Positions 60,134-64,000 of a stretch of 64,000 bases of DNA are shown in pieces. The notes under the pieces are model-generated. The model saw only the letters and a list, made by a program, of their open reading frames with translations. It did not search any database and was not told where the DNA came from. The stretch spans positions 11,882 through 75,881 of the forward strand of contig CAKPIA010000006.1 of the NCBI GenBank assembly GCA_934162205.1, in the 5' to 3' direction. The DNA is from an uncultured Clostridia bacterium. GTDB taxonomy: Bacteria; Bacillota; Clostridia; TANB77; CAG-508. Within the stretch, counting starts at the first letter, position 1. Each line of letters begins with the position of its first letter. The translations under genes were made by a program, and so were the position numbers.

Positions 60134-61693
60134 TTATTCCCATTCAATTGTTGCTGGTGGTTTAGATGTGATATCATACACAACTCTGTTAATATGTTTA
60201 ACTTCATTTACAATTCTACTAGAAACCTTTTCTAATATATCATAAGGTATTCTACTCCAAACACCTGTCATAAAATCAGTTGTTTCTACAGCACGAAGTG
60301 CAAGTGTATAATCATAAGTTCTTTCATCACCCATAACACCAACAGATCTTAAATTTGTTAAAACAGCGAAATATTGATTTATATTTTTATTTAAACCTGC
60401 ATTTGCAATTTCTTCTCTAAAAATATAGTCCGCTTCTTTAAGTATATCTAATTTTTCTTCAGTTATATCTCCAATAACTCTTATAGCTAATCCTGGACCA
60501 GGGAATGGTTGTCTATAAACTAATTTTTCTGGTATTCCTAATTCTAAACCAGTTTTTCTAACTTCATCTTTAAATAAACTTTTTAGTGGTTCTACAATTT
60601 CTTTAAAATCAACATAATCAGGAAGTCCACCAACATTATGATGGCTTTTTATTACAGCACCTTTACCAAGACCACTTTCAATAACATCAGGATATATAGT
60701 ACCTTGTACAAGAAAATCAACTGTACCTAACTTTTTAGCTTCTGCTTCAAAAACTCTAATAAATTCTTCACCAATTATTTTTCTTTTTTGTTCAGGATCT
60801 GTAACACCTGATAATTTATCTAAAAATCTATCTTTAGCATTAACTCTTATAAAGTTAATATCATATTGTTTTGTGAAAATTTCTTCAACTTCATCACCTT
60901 CGTTTTTACGAAGTAAACCATGGTCAACAAATATACAAGTTAAGTTTTTTCCAATAGCTTTACTTAATAAAACTGCTGCAACTGAAGAGTCAACACCTCC
61001 AGATAATGCACATAAAGCTTTTTTATCTCCGATTTTTTCTTTTAAAATTTTAATTGAATCTTCAACAAAAGAAGACATTGTCCAATCTCCAGTACATTTA
61101 CATATATTATATAAGAAATTCTTAATTACTAAAGTACCATTTACAGAATTATTAACTTCTGGATGGAATTGAATTCCATAAAGTTTCTTTTCTTCATTTT
61201 CCATTGCAGCATTAGGACAAGAAGATGTATAACCTATATTTTTAAAACCTTCTGGAACTTTTTCTACATAATCTGTATGGCTCATTAAGAAACCATTTGT
61301 ACTTTCAAACCCTTGAAATAATAGGGAAGTGTTATCTATATTAACATCTGTTGTTCCATATTCTCTTTTATTTGCTCTTGCAACTGTACCATTTAATGTA
61401 TGTGTAATAAGTTGCATACCATAACATATACCTAAAACAGGTATTCCTAATTCAAATATTTCTTTAGAGCATTTTGGAGAATCTTCTCCATAAACACTAG
61501 CAGGTCCACCTGTAAATATGATTCCTTTAGGATTTTTTTCTTTAATTTTTTCTATTGAAATATCAAATGGTACTACTTCAGAGTATACATTACATTCTCT
61601 TACTCTTCTGGCAATAAGTTGATTATATTGTCCTCCAAAGTCAAGTATTAATATTAGCTCATTATTTTTCACAATTTTACCTCCAAAAATCAA
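60134..61693 (-). CDS. guaA: GMP synthase (glutamine-hydrolysing)
   Basis: Class I glutamine amidotransferase Cys (GICYGMQL). PP-loop SGGVDSSV. C-terminal ...PPATIEWE. 519 aa. Confidence 0.95.
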   Translation of the reverse strand: MIFGGKIVKNNELILILDFGGQYNQLIARRVRECNVYSEVVPFDISIEKIKEKNPKGIIFTGGPASVYGEDSPKCSKEIFELGIPVLGICYGMQLITHTLNGTVARANKREYGTTDVNIDNTSLLFQGFESTNGFLMSHTDYVEKVPEGFKNIGYTSSCPNAAMENEEKKLYGIQFHPEVNNSVNGTLVIKNFLYNICKCTGDWTMSSFVEDSIKILKEKIGDKKALCALSGGVDSSVAAVLLSKAIGKNLTCIFVDHGLLRKNEGDEVEEIFTKQYDINFIRVNAKDRFLDKLSGVTDPEQKRKIIGEEFIRVFEAEAKKLGTVDFLVQGTIYPDVIESGLGKGAVIKSHHNVGGLPDYVDFKEIVEPLKSLFKDEVRKTGLELGIPEKLVYRQPFPGPGLAIRVIGDITEEKLDILKEADYIFREEIANAGLNKNINQYFAVLTNLRSVGVMGDERTYDYTLALRAVETTDFMTGVWSRIPYDILEKVSSRIVNEVKHINRVVYDITSKPPATIEWE

Positions 61694-61801
61694 TTTGTAT
61701 TATTTTATCATATTATACGATTTAAGTAAATAAAAATTTGAAAACTATCTCATAAATTTACATAATTTCATATTATATATAAAGTAATATGAAAGGGGGA
61801 A

Positions 61802-62389
61802 GTGATATATTTGAATTTTGAAGGAGTAAAAATTGGATTTGTACTTACAGGATCTTTTTGTACTTTCAGTAAAACAATACCTAAAATGAAAGAATTAGTA
61901 AGATTAGGAGCCACAATTATTCCAATAATGTCTTTTAATGCATATAATTTAGATACTAAATTTGGTAAATCAGAAGACTTTATAAAAGAAATAGAAGAAA
62001 TAACAGGAAATAAAATAATTCATACTATAAAAGATGCAGAACCTATAGGGCCTAAAAAGATGACAGATATAATGGTTATAGCACCAGCTACAGGAAATAC
62101 AATGGCAAAACTTGCAAATGATATAATAGATACACCTGCAACAATGGCTGCAAAATCACATTTAAGAAATAACAATCCACTAGTTATAGCAGCATCAACT
62201 AATAATGGTTTAAGTGGAAATGCAGAGAACATAGGAAAATTATTAAATAGAAGCAATTATTATTTTGTACCATTTAGACAAGATAATCCTATAACCAAAC
62301 CACGTTCATTAGTCTTTGATCCTGATTATATAATAAAAACAATAGAGACAGCTTTAAATAGAGAGCAAATACAACCGATATTGTTATGA
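61802..62389 (+). CDS. dpaB: dipicolinate synthase subunit B (flavoprotein)
   Basis: IGFVLTGSFCTF ... MVIAPATGNTMAKLAN ... matches the remembered SpoVFB layout (IGFGLTGSHCTY ... MVIAPLTGNSMSKLAN). Confidence 0.8.
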   Translation: MIYLNFEGVKIGFVLTGSFCTFSKTIPKMKELVRLGATIIPIMSFNAYNLDTKFGKSEDFIKEIEEITGNKIIHTIKDAEPIGPKKMTDIMVIAPATGNTMAKLANDIIDTPATMAAKSHLRNNNPLVIAASTNNGLSGNAENIGKLLNRSNYYFVPFRQDNPITKPRSLVFDPDYIIKTIETALNREQIQPILL

Positions 62390-62398
62390 ATATAAATA

Positions 62399-62458
62399 AA
62401 ATGCACTTAAAATATTAAATCTTTTAATAAATTTAATATTTATAAGTGCATTTTTCTT
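62399..62458. terminator. bidirectional terminator: long nested hairpin (AAATGCACTTA+AAATATTAAAT / ATTTAATATTT+TAAGTGCATTT) between convergent genes
   Basis: About 22-bp interrupted stem with a 10-nt loop, flanked by A-rich and T-rich runs. Confidence 0.65.
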
Positions 62459-62477
62459 ATATTAGATACTATTTATT

Positions 62478-63002
62478 TTAATTTTTACTCTTTATAAGTT
62501 TATACTTAAACCAATAATTTTTCTTTAGAAATTTTGAAAATTCATCAGCTGTTCCATAGTAGAACCCTTTTTTGTCTACTAGAAGGGAATTTTCATCATC
62601 TACATATAAATAAAAGAAATCAGTTGTTTCAAATATTTTATATAGCTTTGTATATTTTACTTTATCATATTTTAAATTGTTATATATTTTAAAATAATTT
62701 TTGCAAAATATAAATTTAAAAATTTTTTCATTTTGAATTTTATCGCTTTCAAAGTCTTTTTTTACCTTTAATGTCGGTTTTATTATTTTTAATACTAAAA
62801 ATAATGCTAGTAATATCATTGCTAAAAAAGCTTGTAAATAAAAATGATTAACAAAGTATAATATAATACATGTAAATAAAATCATACTCATAAATAAAAT
62901 ATAAAATGTATTTTTAAATCCAAATTTATTACTATGAAATTCTAGAAATTTTTTATAACTATTTTCAGTATATTTAGTTTTATTTTTAAATAATATTTTC
63001 AT
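62478..63002 (-). CDS. YcxB-like membrane protein
   Basis: 174 aa with two central TM helices flanked by soluble halves, the YcxB-like topology. No catalytic motif. Confidence 0.5.
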   Translation of the reverse strand: MKILFKNKTKYTENSYKKFLEFHSNKFGFKNTFYILFMSMILFTCIILYFVNHFYLQAFLAMILLALFLVLKIIKPTLKVKKDFESDKIQNEKIFKFIFCKNYFKIYNNLKYDKVKYTKLYKIFETTDFFYLYVDDENSLLVDKKGFYYGTADEFSKFLKKNYWFKYKLIKSKN

Positions 63003-63082
63003 ACAAAATCACCATTTGAATTATACCATATAAATGAATTTTATCAATTCTATAAAAAATATTTATAAAATTAAAAAAAGTA

Positions 63083-63140
63083 TTGACATAGAATATATGT
63101 TCGTATATAATAATTTCAACAAGCGAACATATATTCTATG
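63083..63140 (+). promoter_or_regulatory. consensus sigma-A promoter (TTGACA-17-TATAAT) embedded in a perfect 17-bp inverted repeat carrying two LexA/Cheo-box-like half-palindromes
   Basis: -35 at 63083-63088, -10 at 63106-63111. Inverted repeat CATAGAATATATGTTCG (63087-63103) / CGAACATATATTCTATG (63124-63140). Each arm contains a near-match to CGAAC-N4-GTTCG. Confidence 0.6.
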
Positions 63141-63150
63141 GAGGTAAAAT

Positions 63151-63456
63151 ATGAAAATAAAAATAGTTAATGTAAAAAAATTTTTTTTAAATTGTACAAT
63201 ATTGTTAGGAATTATAGTAATGTGTGGAGTTATATTCACAAATAAATCTTATTCTAAAACAGAAGAAGTATATAAAAATGAAATAATAGTGCAAGGTGAA
63301 ACATTATGGGGAATAGCTAAAAACGAAAAAAAAAATAATGATTATTATAAGGATAAAGATGTTAGATATATTGTATATGATTTACAACAAATTAATAATT
63401 TATCAAATACTAATTTATTAGATGGACAAGAAATTATTATTCCTACTTATAAATAA
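63151..63456 (+). CDS. small TM + LysM-domain protein (YneA-like SOS cell-division inhibitor candidate)
   Basis: N-terminal TM (CTILLGIIVMCGVIF). C-terminal LysM (IIVQGETLWGIAKNE ... LLDGQEIIIP). GGAGG RBS. Confidence 0.65.
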   Translation: MKIKIVNVKKFFLNCTILLGIIVMCGVIFTNKSYSKTEEVYKNEIIVQGETLWGIAKNEKKNNDYYKDKDVRYIVYDLQQINNLSNTNLLDGQEIIIPTYK

Positions 63457-63489
63457 AAGAAACTTATAATAAATAAGCTTCTTTTATTT

Positions 63490-64000
63490 TTATAAATTTG
63501 ATAATGGATTACTTTCAACAGCATTTCTAACTTGTTCATTATTTACATGGGTATATATTTCTGTTGTAGAAATACTTTCATGTCCGAGTAATTCTTGTAA
63601 AGCTCTTATATCAACATTACCATACTGATACATAAGAGTGGCTGCTGTATGTCTTAATTTATGTACAGAATATCTTTGGCTATCAAGTCCAGCTTCTTGT
63701 AACTCTTTATATATAATGTGCTGAACAGTTCTATTGCTAATACGTTCTTTTCTTTCACTTAAGAATAAAGCTTTATCAGAATTTTTAGAATCTTTTTTTG
63801 CATTTTTAGGTCTAACTTGTAAATAATTGTTTATTGCTCTCATACAAGCACTATTTAAATAAATTGTTCTTTCTTTGTTCCCTTTACCAATAACAGTCAT
63901 CTTACATTCACTAAAATCAATATTATTTACATTGATTCCAACAAGTTCAGATAAACGTATACCGCAATTTAAGAAAAGAGTTGTAATTGCATAATCTCTC
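63490..64000 (-). CDS. tyrosine site-specific recombinase, XerD/XerC-like (N-terminus lies beyond the window end)
   Basis: RDYAITTLFLNCGIRLSELVGINVNNIDF...VIGKGNKERTIYLN, HKLRHTAATLMYQ and LLGHESISTTEIYTHV catalytic R-H-R-Y region. The reading frame stays open to the window edge. Confidence 0.8.
   Translation of the reverse strand, partial: RDYAITTLFLNCGIRLSELVGINVNNIDFSECKMTVIGKGNKERTIYLNSACMRAINNYLQVRPKNAKKDSKNSDKALFLSERKERISNRTVQHIIYKELQEAGLDSQRYSVHKLRHTAATLMYQYGNVDIRALQELLGHESISTTEIYTHVNNEQVRNAVESNPLSNL

Noticed and set aside
60873-61172. 99-aa plus-strand ORF inside guaA
   Set aside because: It is antisense to a near-certain GMP synthase gene and has no RBS or conservation cues.
61694-61801. 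Possible purine/guanine riboswitch in the guaA 5' leader
   Set aside because: The leader is only about 100 nt and is shared with the divergent dpaB promoter. The reverse complement shows no conserved purine-aptamer core (no UAUA…GGGA…CCGUAA-type junction). It more likely holds just a TATAAT promoter.
63490-64000. Tyrosine recombinase as an integrase marking a prophage or integrative-element boundary
   Set aside because: The motifs (RDYAITTLFLNCGIRLSELV…VIGKGNKER…LLGHESISTTEIYTHV) fit chromosomal XerD/XerC closely. The neighbours are housekeeping genes, and no attachment-site repeats or phage genes are visible within the window. This cannot be excluded, because the gene runs off the window end.

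Overview
This is a strongly AT-rich, low-GC Firmicutes (Clostridia-like) chromosomal segment with sporulation genes (dpaA, dpaB, gpr, whiA). Almost all genes are on the + strand; the exceptions are a secreted Fn3/transglutaminase-like protein, guaA, a YcxB-like protein and a terminal xerD-like recombinase. Core housekeeping genes (cysS, galE-argS, pyrB, queA-tgt, uppP, prmC-whiA-hemW, rsmE, yicC-remA-rpoZ-gmk-priA-def-fmt, asp23 cluster-nusB-xseA-xseB-fhs, gpr, dinB, guaA) are interleaved with two cell-envelope polysaccharide loci. The first is a roughly 10 kb Wzx/Wzy-type capsule/wall-polysaccharide operon from 7784 to 18177: initiating sugar-phosphate transferase, GT2 enzymes, a Stealth hexose-1-phosphotransferase, Wzy, Wzx, CpsC, CpsD, CpsB and glmM. 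It is preceded by a separately terminated LCP (LytR) gene. The second is an rmlD-rmlA-rmlC-X-rmlB dTDP-rhamnose operon interrupted by a 595-aa membrane-anchored protein of unknown function. No rRNA, tRNA, CRISPR array or transposase was found. The findings I rate most interesting are: (1) a perfect TTGACA-17-TATAAT promoter embedded in a 17-bp perfect inverted repeat whose arms are near-matches to the Firmicutes LexA 'Cheo' box, driving a small TM+LysM protein (YneA-like SOS division inhibitor candidate); (2) a strongly promoted, self-terminated two-gene operon (778 aa + 279 aa) with no recognisable domains; (3) a 486-aa protein that fuses a type-IV-pilin-like N-terminus to an FGE/SUMF1-like domain with a Cys-rich tail; (4) dipicolinate synthase subunits dpaA and dpaB separated by about 37 kb; (5) a polytopic membrane protein ending in a textbook AT-hook (KRRGRPKKK). 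Everything here rests on reading the translated ORFs and raw sequence by eye. No similarity search was run, so family assignments rest on recognised motifs.
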